From Flavobacteriales bacterium (lineage in GTDB: Bacteria > Bacteroidota > Bacteroidia > Flavobacteriales_F > PHOS-HE28), in NCBI GenBank assembly GCA_039931265.1, contig JBDTSG010000094.1:17448-81447 (forward strand): 64,000 bases of DNA, read 5' to 3'. The translations under genes were made by a program, and so were the position numbers. Below the pieces are notes generated by a model that did no database searches, was not told the origin of the DNA, and saw nothing but the letters and a program-made list of their open reading frames with translations. Below are positions 1 through 8,838 of the stretch, one piece after another (the first letter of the stretch is position 1; each line of letters begins with the position of its first letter).

Positions 1-1140
1 GAACGCGGCCTTCGGCGCGAACGCGCTGTTCAACAACACCAGTGGCGGGTTCAATACGGCAGTAGGGATATCGGCGCTCGGAGACAACACCACCGGACCA
101 TCCAACACAGGGGTAGGTGCCAGCGCTCTGCGCTTCAATACAACGGGTGGTGGTAACACAGCCATTGGGCAGGAAGCGCTCTACACCAATTCGAGCGGTG
201 GCCAGAACACGGCCACGGGCCTGAACGCCTTGCGCCTTAATTCCACCGGTTTCGCCAACACCGCCACCGGAACAGGCGCGCTGGCTTCGAACACATTCGG
301 ATCCATGAATACCGCTGTGGGATCCAATGCGCTGTATTACAATACCGCAGCATTCTACAACACCGCCGTTGGCTTCGAGGCCCTGTTGAACACGACAACC
401 AGCGGATACAACACCGCCACAGGGCACACCGCGCTTCGGGGTAACACGACGGGCTTCAGCAACACCGCCACCGGGTACGAGGCGATGCTCAGCAATACCA
501 CTGGATCACAGAATACCGCGAACGGTGCCGGGGCATTGTACTCCAATACCACCGGGGGCAATCTCACGGCCTTTGGCTCCCACGCGCTCTATGCCAACAC
601 GATCGCGAACACCAATTCCGCGTTCGGCTACTACGCGTTGGCGAGCAACACTACGGGGCCCGGCAACACAGCGATGGGAACGAACACACTGACCGCCAAT
701 ACCACCGGTTCGAGCAACACGGCCCATGGAACGGTCGCGTTGTCCTCGAACACCACCGGATCCGAGAACACGGCCTCGGGTCGTTCAGCACTCCAGAACA
801 ACACTACCGGTTGGTCCAATACCGCAATGGGCTATTCCACTCTCCTGAACAACACCACCGGATCTGCCAATACAGTGGTCGGTGTACGCGCTGGTCTGTT
901 CACCGCAACGGGAGCCAACAACACTGTCGTAGGCTACGAGGCACTTTATTGGAACAGCACCGGCAACGACAACACCGCCACCGGATATGGCGCACTCTAT
1001 TCGAACACCACCGGACTGTCGAACAGCGTGCTGGGAGCGTTCTCCCTCAACAACAATACTTCGGGCACCGCCAATGTCGCGCTGGGTGTGGCCGCATTGA
1101 CCCTTAATACCACGGGTAGCAACAATACAGCGGTGGGCGT
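1..1140 (+). repeat. Tandem ~51-bp (17-codon) coding repeats inside the tail-fibre-like gene
   Basis: The NTxxG…AL…NTTG peptide motif is periodic throughout the translation. This generates many spurious antisense and out-of-frame ORFs in the six-frame track for this region. Confidence 0.7.
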
Positions 1141-1720
1141 TTGGGCCGGTCCGAACTCCGGGGCCCTCGGTGGTACCATTGCGATAGGCTACTACGCCGC
1201 GGCCACCATCAGCAACCGTGCAGTGATCGGCACAGTGGCGAACAACAACCTCACCGGTGGATACGGGGCTTGGCAAAACCTCAGCGACGGGCGGTTCAAA
1301 CGTCGAGTGCAGGAGGATGTGCCGGGCTTGGCATTCATCACCAAACTGCGTCCGGTCACCTACACCTTGGATGCGCGCGCTGTGGATACCTTCCTCGGCA
1401 TCGCGCAGCGCATGGACACTGTTCCGGACGAAGCGGCAAAGGCGATGTACAAAGAGCGTTTGGCTGAAGTCTCGACCGAGGTGCAGACCGGCTTCATAGC
1501 GCAGGAAGTGGAGGCCGCAGCCCAGAGCATCGGGTATGACTTCGCAGGTGTTCATCATCCTATTTCGGATGCGGACCATTACACGATCGGCTACGAATCG
1601 TTCGTGATGCCGCTGGTGAAATCCGTACAAGAGTTGAACGATCGACTCGAAGAATTGCGCCGAGTGAACACCGTTCTGCTCGCTCGCATGGCGAAGTTCG
1701 AGGAGGGGATCGGCCAATAG
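1..1720 (+). CDS. Repeat-rich tail-fibre-like protein (5' partial) with C-terminal peptidase S74 / endosialidase-type intramolecular chaperone domain
   Basis: The reading frame is open from position 2, in frame with the tracked ORF 230-1720. More than 25 copies of a ~17-aa NTAxGxxAL-xxNTTGxx repeat are present. The C-terminus (…SDGRFKRRVQ…GFIAQEVEAA…ELNDRLEELRRVN) matches the S74 chaperone-domain pattern of phage tail fibres and endosialidases. Confidence 0.8.
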   Translation, partial: NAAFGANALFNNTSGGFNTAVGISALGDNTTGPSNTGVGASALRFNTTGGGNTAIGQEALYTNSSGGQNTATGLNALRLNSTGFANTATGTGALASNTFGSMNTAVGSNALYYNTAAFYNTAVGFEALLNTTTSGYNTATGHTALRGNTTGFSNTATGYEAMLSNTTGSQNTANGAGALYSNTTGGNLTAFGSHALYANTIANTNSAFGYYALASNTTGPGNTAMGTNTLTANTTGSSNTAHGTVALSSNTTGSENTASGRSALQNNTTGWSNTAMGYSTLLNNTTGSANTVVGVRAGLFTATGANNTVVGYEALYWNSTGNDNTATGYGALYSNTTGLSNSVLGAFSLNNNTSGTANVALGVAALTLNTTGSNNTAVGVWAGPNSGALGGTIAIGYYAAATISNRAVIGTVANNNLTGGYGAWQNLSDGRFKRRVQEDVPGLAFITKLRPVTYTLDARAVDTFLGIAQRMDTVPDEAAKAMYKERLAEVSTEVQTGFIAQEVEAAAQSIGYDFAGVHHPISDADHYTIGYESFVMPLVKSVQELNDRLEELRRVNTVLLARMAKFEEGIGQ

Positions 1721-1778
1721 GTCAAGTCGGATCGGAGTCCGCCTGCGGAAAAGTGCATGCGAAGCGCAAGGGCACGCA

Positions 1779-1925
1779 CCCCCATCTTCGCCGCCCCGAT
1801 GGAAGCCCTCCACCTCTCCCACCGCCTGCGCCGCTTGTGCCGCGCGGTGGACATACTACAGGCCGACCTGCGGCAGCGCTCTGTGAACGAGCACTGCCGG
1901 ACGGGAACGAGAAGCGGATGGAGCA
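1779..1925 (+). pseudogene. Truncated, frameshifted copy of the 5' part of the small ORF at 6315-6602
   Basis: Direct reading shows ~88% nucleotide identity to 6297-6452 (ccccatcttcgccgccccgatgga…gtgaacgagca…gagaagc[a/g]gatggagcatggc). A 1-nt indel after 'gtgaacgagca' switches frame (VNEHCRTGT… in one frame, …DGNEKRMEHG… in another). The copy diverges completely after ~1925. Confidence 0.45.
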
Positions 1926-2036
1926 TGGCCAACCCTTAGTTTTGGATGCTCCCCTTTGCCGCAACAGTTGATGTGCGTGACGATCAGATGTGCTGCTGCG
2001 GTGCGTTGCCGTGCAACCGTTCTCGTTCGGTACGCC

Positions 2037-3698
2037 ATGGTCTGCACCACCTTGCTTTTGGCGGCTGCGGAAGCACACCCACAAGCAACAGCGCCCAGGG
2101 TTGACGGAGTTACAGGCTCGTGCCAGGAACATGTGGCACGCGCGAAGGAGCTGCTGCCGCTTGATGCGGATTCGGCACTCGTGCATGCCTTGGCAGCCGA
2201 AAAGCAGCTGGGCGAGTTGCGCACCAGCGATGAAAAGTCACGCGCGCTGATCGTCCTCGGCGATGCGCACCTCGCCGTGCGGGACCTGCCTGCGGCCATG
2301 AGCGCCTTCCAACGGGCGCAACGGCTGGTGGACGAAGCCGTGCGGCAGGAAGGCACCCTTCCGTCACTGGTGCTGTCCCGGTCGGACATCCAGGCGAAGA
2401 CCGGCCTCCTGTATTTCTACCTGCGCGATCCGGACAAGAGCATCGACTGCTACAACGAAGCCCTCCGCGGTCTGGAACAGCTGCACGACCTGGATACGAA
2501 CGAGCTGGCCCTGCGCAAGGTGCGTCTGTTCAACAACATCGCCGGGGTTTATGTGCAGCGTTCGGACCATGCCACTGCACTGCCGTATTTCCAACAGGCC
2601 GTGGAGATGAACCGGCCGCTGAACGACACGCGCAACGAGAGTTCGTTGAACAACAACATCGGCATCTGCCTGATGGAAATGGGCGAGCATGAGCGGGCCA
2701 ATGAGTATTTCCTGAAGTCGCTGGCGGTGCGCAAGGCAGCCGGCGATGCGCGCGGGCAGGCGCAGGTGCTGAACAACCTGGGCAAGAACCAAGTGTTCTT
2801 CGGCCACTTCGGTGCGGCGCGCGACAACTTCGAACAGGCACTCGCGATCGGCCGGGAGATCGGCAGTCGTGAGTCGATGGTGATCTCGTTGGAATCGCTT
2901 TCCTCCGTGTGCGATACGCTGCACGACTACAAAGCCGCCCTGGCGGCCCACCGCGCGTTCAAGACCCTCAACGATAGTTTGTACAACGCCGACACCCGGC
3001 TGACCATTGCGCGGCTGGAAGAGGAATTCCGCCGGGACAACGAGCGTGAGGCGTTCGCGTTGGATGCCGAACGCAAGGATGCGGAGAGCGCGCGCAGGAA
3101 GGTCTGGAACATCGCGCTCGGCGGTGCGCTGTTCTTCCTCCTTCTCACCGCCTTCCTCGTGGTGAAGATCCTGCGCGCCCGCGTGCGCACCGGCGTGCTC
3201 GAAAAGGAGAAGCTCCTACTGGAGAGCGGGAAGCTGGAAGCCGAGCAGACCATCCTCAGGGACAGCCTGGAGTTCAAGGACCGCGAGCTAACGGCCAACG
3301 CCTTGTTCCTGTTGAAGAAGAACGAGCTCATCGGCCACATCGCCGAGCGCCTTCTGAAGGCGAAGCCCACCTTCCGGCAGGAGAACCAACAGGTGATACA
3401 GGAGATCGTTCGCGATCTGCACTCCAACCACGACGAGCACAATTGGAAGGAGTTCGAGGCGCACTTCACACGGGTACATTCCACCTTCTACGAGAGCCTT
3501 CAGGAGCGCTTCCCCGCGCTCACTCCGAACGAGCGGAAGCTCTGCGCCTTCCTACGTCTCAACATGTCCACGAAGGACATTTCCGCCATCACCCAGCAGA
3601 CGCTCAACAGCATCACCGTGGCGCGCTCGCGGCTGCGAAAGAAACTCGATATCGAGGGTGAGGAGGTGAATCTCGTCGACTTCCTGCAGTCGATCTGA
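2037..3698 (+). CDS. TPR-repeat sensor/regulator with a single TM helix and C-terminal LuxR-type HTH
   Basis: An N-terminal signal-like segment is followed by TPR-like helices, a hydrophobic segment (IALGGALFFLLLTAFLVVKIL), a coiled coil, and the C-terminal motif LTPNERKLCAFLRLNMSTKDISAITQQTLNSITVARSRLRKKL typical of LuxR/GerE HTH. The ATG at 2037 was chosen over the TTG at 1956. Confidence 0.8.
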   Translation: MVCTTLLLAAAEAHPQATAPRVDGVTGSCQEHVARAKELLPLDADSALVHALAAEKQLGELRTSDEKSRALIVLGDAHLAVRDLPAAMSAFQRAQRLVDEAVRQEGTLPSLVLSRSDIQAKTGLLYFYLRDPDKSIDCYNEALRGLEQLHDLDTNELALRKVRLFNNIAGVYVQRSDHATALPYFQQAVEMNRPLNDTRNESSLNNNIGICLMEMGEHERANEYFLKSLAVRKAAGDARGQAQVLNNLGKNQVFFGHFGAARDNFEQALAIGREIGSRESMVISLESLSSVCDTLHDYKAALAAHRAFKTLNDSLYNADTRLTIARLEEEFRRDNEREAFALDAERKDAESARRKVWNIALGGALFFLLLTAFLVVKILRARVRTGVLEKEKLLLESGKLEAEQTILRDSLEFKDRELTANALFLLKKNELIGHIAERLLKAKPTFRQENQQVIQEIVRDLHSNHDEHNWKEFEAHFTRVHSTFYESLQERFPALTPNERKLCAFLRLNMSTKDISAITQQTLNSITVARSRLRKKLDIEGEEVNLVDFLQSI

Positions 3699-3849
3699 GG
3701 CTTTCCGGGGTCCTTGTTCAAATCGCGGCGCGTCAGGCGGTTAGCCCTTTTTGTAATGCGGATGTAAGGTGGTGCCGTCGCTTCTGTGCAGTGGATGTTG
3801 GGCCTGTACCGGCACCCTGGTTCCGTGGCGCGGGCACTTTTGCGCCGTC

Positions 3850-4035
3850 ATGCAAAACACCACGACCGGTCCCGAACAAGAACCTCTTCCGCCATCGGAC
3901 GATCTCGATCGTCTGGAGCAGACTTTTCGGCACTTGAAGGAGAAACAGGAGGCTTGGCGCAAGCTGCTTGAGAGCATTGAAGGAATGAAGAAAGGATCAC
4001 CCGAAAAACCCGAAACCGAACAACCATCGACATGA
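3850..4035 (+). CDS. Small hypothetical protein (~61 aa)
   Basis: An ATG-initiated sub-ORF of track ORF 3769-4035. Its stop overlaps the start of the next gene (ATGA), which suggests translational coupling. The sequence is charged and helical (…LEQTFRHLKEKQEAWRKLLESIEG…). Confidence 0.3.
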   Translation: MQNTTTGPEQEPLPPSDDLDRLEQTFRHLKEKQEAWRKLLESIEGMKKGSPEKPETEQPST

Positions 4036-5618
4036 AAACACAACTCTCTTTCATCGGCGGACTCTGTCTGCTGCTCTGTGCAACCGCCCAGGCGCAATCC
4101 GGCGCGCTCGATCCTTCGTTCAACAGCAACGGCTTCGTCGTGCAACCCATCGGGCGCGATGTGGTGCAGAAGATCCTGGTGCAGGACGACCAGAAGATCC
4201 TCTCCATCGGCATGAGCTGGGATGGCACATTCACCGCGCATGCCCACGTGTTCCGGTACAATCCCGATGGCTCGCCCGATACGGACTTCGGCACCAACGG
4301 CATGTTCACCCACACATTGGACAACGAGGCCCTGCTCTATTCAGCCCTGATCACCGATGCGGGCAAGATCCTCCTGGTGGGCAGCACCACCGATTACCAG
4401 ACCTACCGCTTGATGCTGATCCAGATCAATGCGGATGGAACGCTGGACTCCTCCTTCGGCACCAACGGCGTTGCGCTCCAAAGCGTGAGCATGGTAGGAC
4501 CGAACGCAGAGGACATGGCCTACGACGTGACGCTCGATGACGCGGGCAATATTCTCGTCTGCGGATCTTCCTACGATGCGAACTATGTCCGGCGTCCTGT
4601 GGTCGTGCGCTTCACATCGGATGGTGTGCTCGACAGCACCTTCGGTGTCGATGGCGTGGCCACCATACCGGTGATGGCCGTGGGCGCCTCTTCGTTCCAA
4701 GGGCTGCTGGTGCAGCCCGATGGGAAGATCCTTGCAACGGGCTATTTCGGCCAGACCGAATTCTGGTACCTGCTGCTCCTGGTGCGCTTCAACAGCGACG
4801 GAAGTCTGGACAGCACCTTCAGCACAGATGGCATCATCAAGCACAACCATGGTAACGTGGACGACGAGGGTGAAGATCTCAAGCTGAATGCGGACGGTTC
4901 CATCCTGGTGGCCGGTATGACGGTGACGGCCACCTACAACTACAGCGCGCTGCTTATGAAATTCACACCCGACGGCGAGGTGGATCTCACCTTCGGGAAC
5001 GTCGGTGCGGTGGAAGAGGACCTGGACGAGTTCGACTACGCCGCGCACTTGGAAGTGCAGTCCGATGGCAGGATCATCATGGCAGGATCATCGGGCGTTG
5101 GGCCGCCCAGCAGTTTCGACATGGCCGTGTGGAAGTACATGCCCGATGGAACGCCGGACAACAGCTTCGGCTCCAACGGCCTCGCTTACCATGTGATCCC
5201 GGACTACAGCACCATGATCTACGCCCTGGCCATGCAAGCCGATGGCAAGATCCTGATCGGCGGACAGGCCGCTACGCCGAACAACGACCGCTACTTCTTC
5301 ACCGCGCGATTGGAGAACGATGTGATCAGTGGGATCGCCAGCGTGCCGTCACCGACCGAGGCCTTGGCCTTCCCGAACCCCGCAACGGCGGGCTCCTTGG
5401 TTACACTGCGCATGGCAGAGCCGATCGGTAGCGATGCCCGCATCGAGTTGTATACGGCTGACGGTCGCGACGCAGGCAGCTACAGCGCACACGAGTTCGA
5501 TCGCGCTGCCGGAGGTGTGAGCCTCCAACTACCGGACGGACTCAACTCCGGCGTCTACCAAGTGGTGCTGTCACAAACGGGTACGCGCAGTACATCGACC
5601 ATGCTCGTGATCGAGTAA
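4032..5618 (+). CDS. Secreted beta-propeller protein (delta-60-like repeats DxxFGxxG…DGKIL) with T9SS C-terminal sorting domain
   Basis: There is a signal peptide (MKTQLSFIGGLCLLLCATAQA). Repeated ~50-60-aa units of 'LDxSFGxNGxx … DGKILxxG' are followed by a C-terminal ~90 aa ending …GVYQVVLSQTGTRSTSTMLVIE, which fits the T9SS CTD pattern. Confidence 0.8.
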   Translation: MKTQLSFIGGLCLLLCATAQAQSGALDPSFNSNGFVVQPIGRDVVQKILVQDDQKILSIGMSWDGTFTAHAHVFRYNPDGSPDTDFGTNGMFTHTLDNEALLYSALITDAGKILLVGSTTDYQTYRLMLIQINADGTLDSSFGTNGVALQSVSMVGPNAEDMAYDVTLDDAGNILVCGSSYDANYVRRPVVVRFTSDGVLDSTFGVDGVATIPVMAVGASSFQGLLVQPDGKILATGYFGQTEFWYLLLLVRFNSDGSLDSTFSTDGIIKHNHGNVDDEGEDLKLNADGSILVAGMTVTATYNYSALLMKFTPDGEVDLTFGNVGAVEEDLDEFDYAAHLEVQSDGRIIMAGSSGVGPPSSFDMAVWKYMPDGTPDNSFGSNGLAYHVIPDYSTMIYALAMQADGKILIGGQAATPNNDRYFFTARLENDVISGIASVPSPTEALAFPNPATAGSLVTLRMAEPIGSDARIELYTADGRDAGSYSAHEFDRAAGGVSLQLPDGLNSGVYQVVLSQTGTRSTSTMLVIE

Positions 5619-5663
5619 AAAGAGGAAGGAGCACACGAAGCCACCACCGGCTACCTTGGCATC

Positions 5664-6284
5664 ATGCGTTCCATGATCCTGTTGTTGGTGGTGGCTGCTT
5701 GCTTCCCTGCTTGCTCCCCCACCGGTCCCTCCACAGCCCCATCTGCGGTTGTCACGCGCGAACAGTTCCAGGAGATCCGTTGGATCGTGGGCAGATGGCG
5801 AGGGGCTGAGGCCGGCGGACCGCCCTTTTTCGAGAGCTACCGTTTGGTCGATGACTCCACGCTTCAAAACTTCGCTTGGAGCGATAGCACCTTTTCGAAC
5901 CCCATCTTTTCAAGTGTCATCAGCCTTCGCAATGATCTGGTCACCTCATCATTGCTTAACAGAGGGGATAGCGTTTCAGTCCGATTCTACTTTGAGAAAT
6001 TCAACGCGGTCGATGACAGCACGCTTCGTGACACCAATTGGCTCGATAGCATCAGCAGGGACCCCTACACCATATGGGTCATCACTAACACGGATACGAG
6101 CAGTTCATCAATAGCTACCAAATGGGATGGCGCATCGGTACACTTCGAGCCGAACGGGAAAGCAGGGAACACCTTCACCTGGCGAAAAGAAAGCGCCGAC
6201 CGGTGGAGCGCCCAGCTCTTCTGGAACGACAAGAGCGGTGCTCCGCAGACGCGCACGTACGCCATGACGCGCGTTGCGCAGTAA
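5664..6284 (+). CDS. Hypothetical lipoprotein
   Basis: The start is ATG. The signal sequence with lipobox (MRSMILLLVVAACFPACS) is followed by 200 aa of Ser/Thr/Trp-rich sequence with no motif I recognise. Confidence 0.7.
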   Translation: MRSMILLLVVAACFPACSPTGPSTAPSAVVTREQFQEIRWIVGRWRGAEAGGPPFFESYRLVDDSTLQNFAWSDSTFSNPIFSSVISLRNDLVTSSLLNRGDSVSVRFYFEKFNAVDDSTLRDTNWLDSISRDPYTIWVITNTDTSSSSIATKWDGASVHFEPNGKAGNTFTWRKESADRWSAQLFWNDKSGAPQTRTYAMTRVAQ

Positions 6285-6314
6285 AGTGGGGCGGTCCCCA
6301 TCTTCGCCGCCCCG

Positions 6315-6602
6315 ATGGATGCCCTGGACCTCTCCCGCCGCCTGCGCCGTTTGCGCCGCGCGGTGGACATGCTGCAAGCCGACCTGCGGCAGCGCTATGT
6401 GAACGAGCAATTGCTGGGCGAGATCGAGAAGCAGATGGAGCATGGCATCGCCACCGATGCGCGCTGCACCGGCCTGCGCACGCACGTGGACACCTTGCGC
6501 GAAAACACGCTGACGCCACGACCGGAACTATTGGTGGATACCGCTCGCGCCTGCGAGCAGCTGAAGTTCGCGATCGATGGGGTGGTGAACGTGTTGCACT
6601 GA
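6315..6602 (+). CDS. Small hypothetical protein (95 aa); 5' end duplicated at 1779-1925
   Basis: The ORF starts with ATG and lies immediately downstream of 5664-6284. Its first ~45 codons plus ~20 bp of leader recur downstream of the tail-fibre-like gene. Confidence 0.5.
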   Translation: MDALDLSRRLRRLRRAVDMLQADLRQRYVNEQLLGEIEKQMEHGIATDARCTGLRTHVDTLRENTLTPRPELLVDTARACEQLKFAIDGVVNVLH

Positions 6603-6679
6603 GCGCGTGCGCTTGCGCCACTTGCCTCCTTCACCCCCATCTCCCTCTTCGCCATTCACGATCCGCCGCTCGCTGGTCC

Positions 6680-8290
6680 TCAGTCCTTCACGAACTTCAA
6701 CCGTTGCACGGGTGATCCATCGTTGGGCTTGAGCGTAAGCACATAGCTACCGGGGGCCAACGTGGAGACGTCGATGCCGCGTTCATCGGTTGTGCCACTG
6801 GCCAGCGCCAGCCTGCCCTTTTCGTCCAGCACAGCATAGGTGCACGGCGCGCGCAAGCCTTGCAAATGCAGTCGATCGCCCGCCGGGACCGGGTACAGCG
6901 CGCAGCCCGGCCGCTCGGGGCCCTCGATACCGGTGAAGGCATCGGCCAGCTTTGCCACGAACACATCGCGCACGGCCGGTTGACCGGCAAGGCCGGGCCC
7001 GGGATCGAACTGCATGGATGTTTGGAAGCCACCGGTAATGAACACATCGCCCCCCCGCAAAGCGATGCCACCGACGGTCTCCGAAAGTGGTCCGCCGCAA
7101 CCCTTGGCCCACAGCACATCGCCACTTGGCGAGAGCTTGGCCACATACGCGTCCGCGCCTCCGTTGGTCTGGAGCGCAACGTTGCCCAAGGTGAGCGAGC
7201 TGCCGAAGGTGCCGTTGACGTAACTGTTGCCCTCCGCGTCCGACCGGATGCCCACGGCCCGATCGCTGCCCGGCCCTTCGCCGCGCGTGGCCCACTGAAA
7301 GGTGCCGTCCGCACTATCGCATTTCGCAACGAACACATCGTAGCTCATGTCGCTCGGCCCGGGAAGCGTAAGCCCGCCCATGGCGATGGTGCCACGGTAT
7401 GTACCCGTTACGTAAGCGTTCCCCTGCGCATCCATGTCAACGCTTTGGCCGAAAGCATAGCCGCCCTCGCCTGCTTTTTGCGCCCAGATGGGCACCCCAT
7501 CGCTGTTGAGCTTGGCAACATAGATGGTGGCTTCTGGGGATCCGGCATCCAGGGTGAACGCGCCGAGGGTGATCGAGTTGAAGAACTCACCGGTGATGCA
7601 CAACTCCGCCGCATCGCCGGCGCAGATGCCATCGCCGAGGTGCGCAACGCCGTAGTCCTGGGAAAGCGTGGTCCAGAAAAGCGTTCCGTTGTAGGCGAAC
7701 TTCGATACGAAGACCTTCGAGCTTGAAAGGTTGAAGGGTGTCAGGTGCAGGTCGCCGGTCACGTAGATGTTGTAGTACCCATCGTGGGTGATGCTGGCGC
7801 CATAGTCGTAACCGGTATCGCCGATGGAGTGGGCCCAAACCGGTGTTCCGTCCTGCTCGTATTTGGCAACGAACACATCGAAGGAACCGGCGGAGGTGAG
7901 GATCGTTCCGTTCGTGCCGGGAATGAAGGCGACCGTGCCTTGGAACATGCCGACGATGGCGATGGCGCCCCCGTAATCGATGGTGATGCCGTGCACGGCG
8001 ATGCCCGGCCCGTTGGCCACGATGTGTGCCCACTGGAGCGTTCCGTCCGGAGCGAACTTGGCCATGAAGATGCCGTCCTCGTTGGGCGTGGAAAGCAGCT
8101 GGCCCCCGAAACCGATGGTGCTGTTGTAGGTGCCCACGACCACGCTATTGCCCTGCGCGTCCACGGCTATGGCCTGCCCTGCGGCATCGGCCGCACCGGC
8201 CCCGGGTTCGGCCCATTGCCATGTTTGGGCATGGAGCATGGATGCGGAGAGAAGTAGGGACAGGAAAAGGGGGCGTGGAGAATGGCGCAT
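6680..8290 (-). CDS. Secreted beta-propeller (SBBP-type repeat) protein with T9SS C-terminal sorting domain
   Basis: An internal Met gives a signal peptide (MRHSPRPLFLSLLLSASMLHAQ). Repeated GxxxDxGxxIAVDAQGNxYVTG units are typical of SBBP beta-propeller repeats. The C-terminus (…GSYVLTLKPNDGSPVQRLKFVKD) is CTD-like. Confidence 0.8.
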   Translation of the reverse strand: MRHSPRPLFLSLLLSASMLHAQTWQWAEPGAGAADAAGQAIAVDAQGNSVVVGTYNSTIGFGGQLLSTPNEDGIFMAKFAPDGTLQWAHIVANGPGIAVHGITIDYGGAIAIVGMFQGTVAFIPGTNGTILTSAGSFDVFVAKYEQDGTPVWAHSIGDTGYDYGASITHDGYYNIYVTGDLHLTPFNLSSSKVFVSKFAYNGTLFWTTLSQDYGVAHLGDGICAGDAAELCITGEFFNSITLGAFTLDAGSPEATIYVAKLNSDGVPIWAQKAGEGGYAFGQSVDMDAQGNAYVTGTYRGTIAMGGLTLPGPSDMSYDVFVAKCDSADGTFQWATRGEGPGSDRAVGIRSDAEGNSYVNGTFGSSLTLGNVALQTNGGADAYVAKLSPSGDVLWAKGCGGPLSETVGGIALRGGDVFITGGFQTSMQFDPGPGLAGQPAVRDVFVAKLADAFTGIEGPERPGCALYPVPAGDRLHLQGLRAPCTYAVLDEKGRLALASGTTDERGIDVSTLAPGSYVLTLKPNDGSPVQRLKFVKD

Positions 8291-8539
8291 GGTGATGGGG
8301 AGTTGGCCCTGTGGACGGATGGACGGGAAAACAGGCCCTGCACGCTGCACGGGCGCGGCCCAACCGTTGAAAGTGCCTTGAACGGTGCCATCCCTGCGAC
8401 CGGCAGTACCCTGACAAAAGGCACGCCGGGGGCTGGCAAGTCGCGCCGCCAGCGCCCACTTAACAAGCAATATGAGGTGCGGAGCAGCAGAATGGCCGCG
8501 AAAGAGCTTCCTTCGCGCACCCGGCCGTGCCGGGACACA

Positions 8540-8761
8540 ATGAGTGCAGCAGAAAAGCCCAGGAGCATCCTTTCGTCGGGATTCATCAAGATGAAGGTGA
8601 AGGCGATCACGAACCGCGCGGAGAAGAAGAAGGCCTGCGAGGCCTATTTGGCGCAGATGGCCGGCCAGCGTTTGGAGCAGAAACGCAGCCGGAGCAAGGT
8701 GGACGATACCGACGATACCATCCGCTTTTTGGAGATGGAGATCGCCCGCCTGAGCGATTGA
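8540..8761 (+). CDS. Small basic/charged hypothetical protein
   Basis: The ORF is in frame with track ORF 8282-8761. Alternative starts lie at 8492 and 8591. It is Lys/Arg-rich and helical (…AEKKKACEAYLAQMAGQRLEQKRSRSKV…). Confidence 0.3.
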   Translation: MSAAEKPRSILSSGFIKMKVKAITNRAEKKKACEAYLAQMAGQRLEQKRSRSKVDDTDDTIRFLEMEIARLSD

Positions 8762-8838
8762 GCGATCCGCTCAGCCGCAGCCTCTTTCCGCTCCGATAGG
8801 TTCGGTCCGTACCTGCGCGCTAGGCACAATGTGCTTTG

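Noticed and set aside
355-1822. Multiple antisense and out-of-frame ORFs (e.g. 785-1822 minus 345 aa, 506-727, 631-819, 997-1179, 1141-1467)
   Set aside because: They lie entirely within the repeat-rich tail-fibre-like gene. Their length is a by-product of high GC and tandem repeats, and their translations are low-complexity Arg/Gly/Val strings without motifs.
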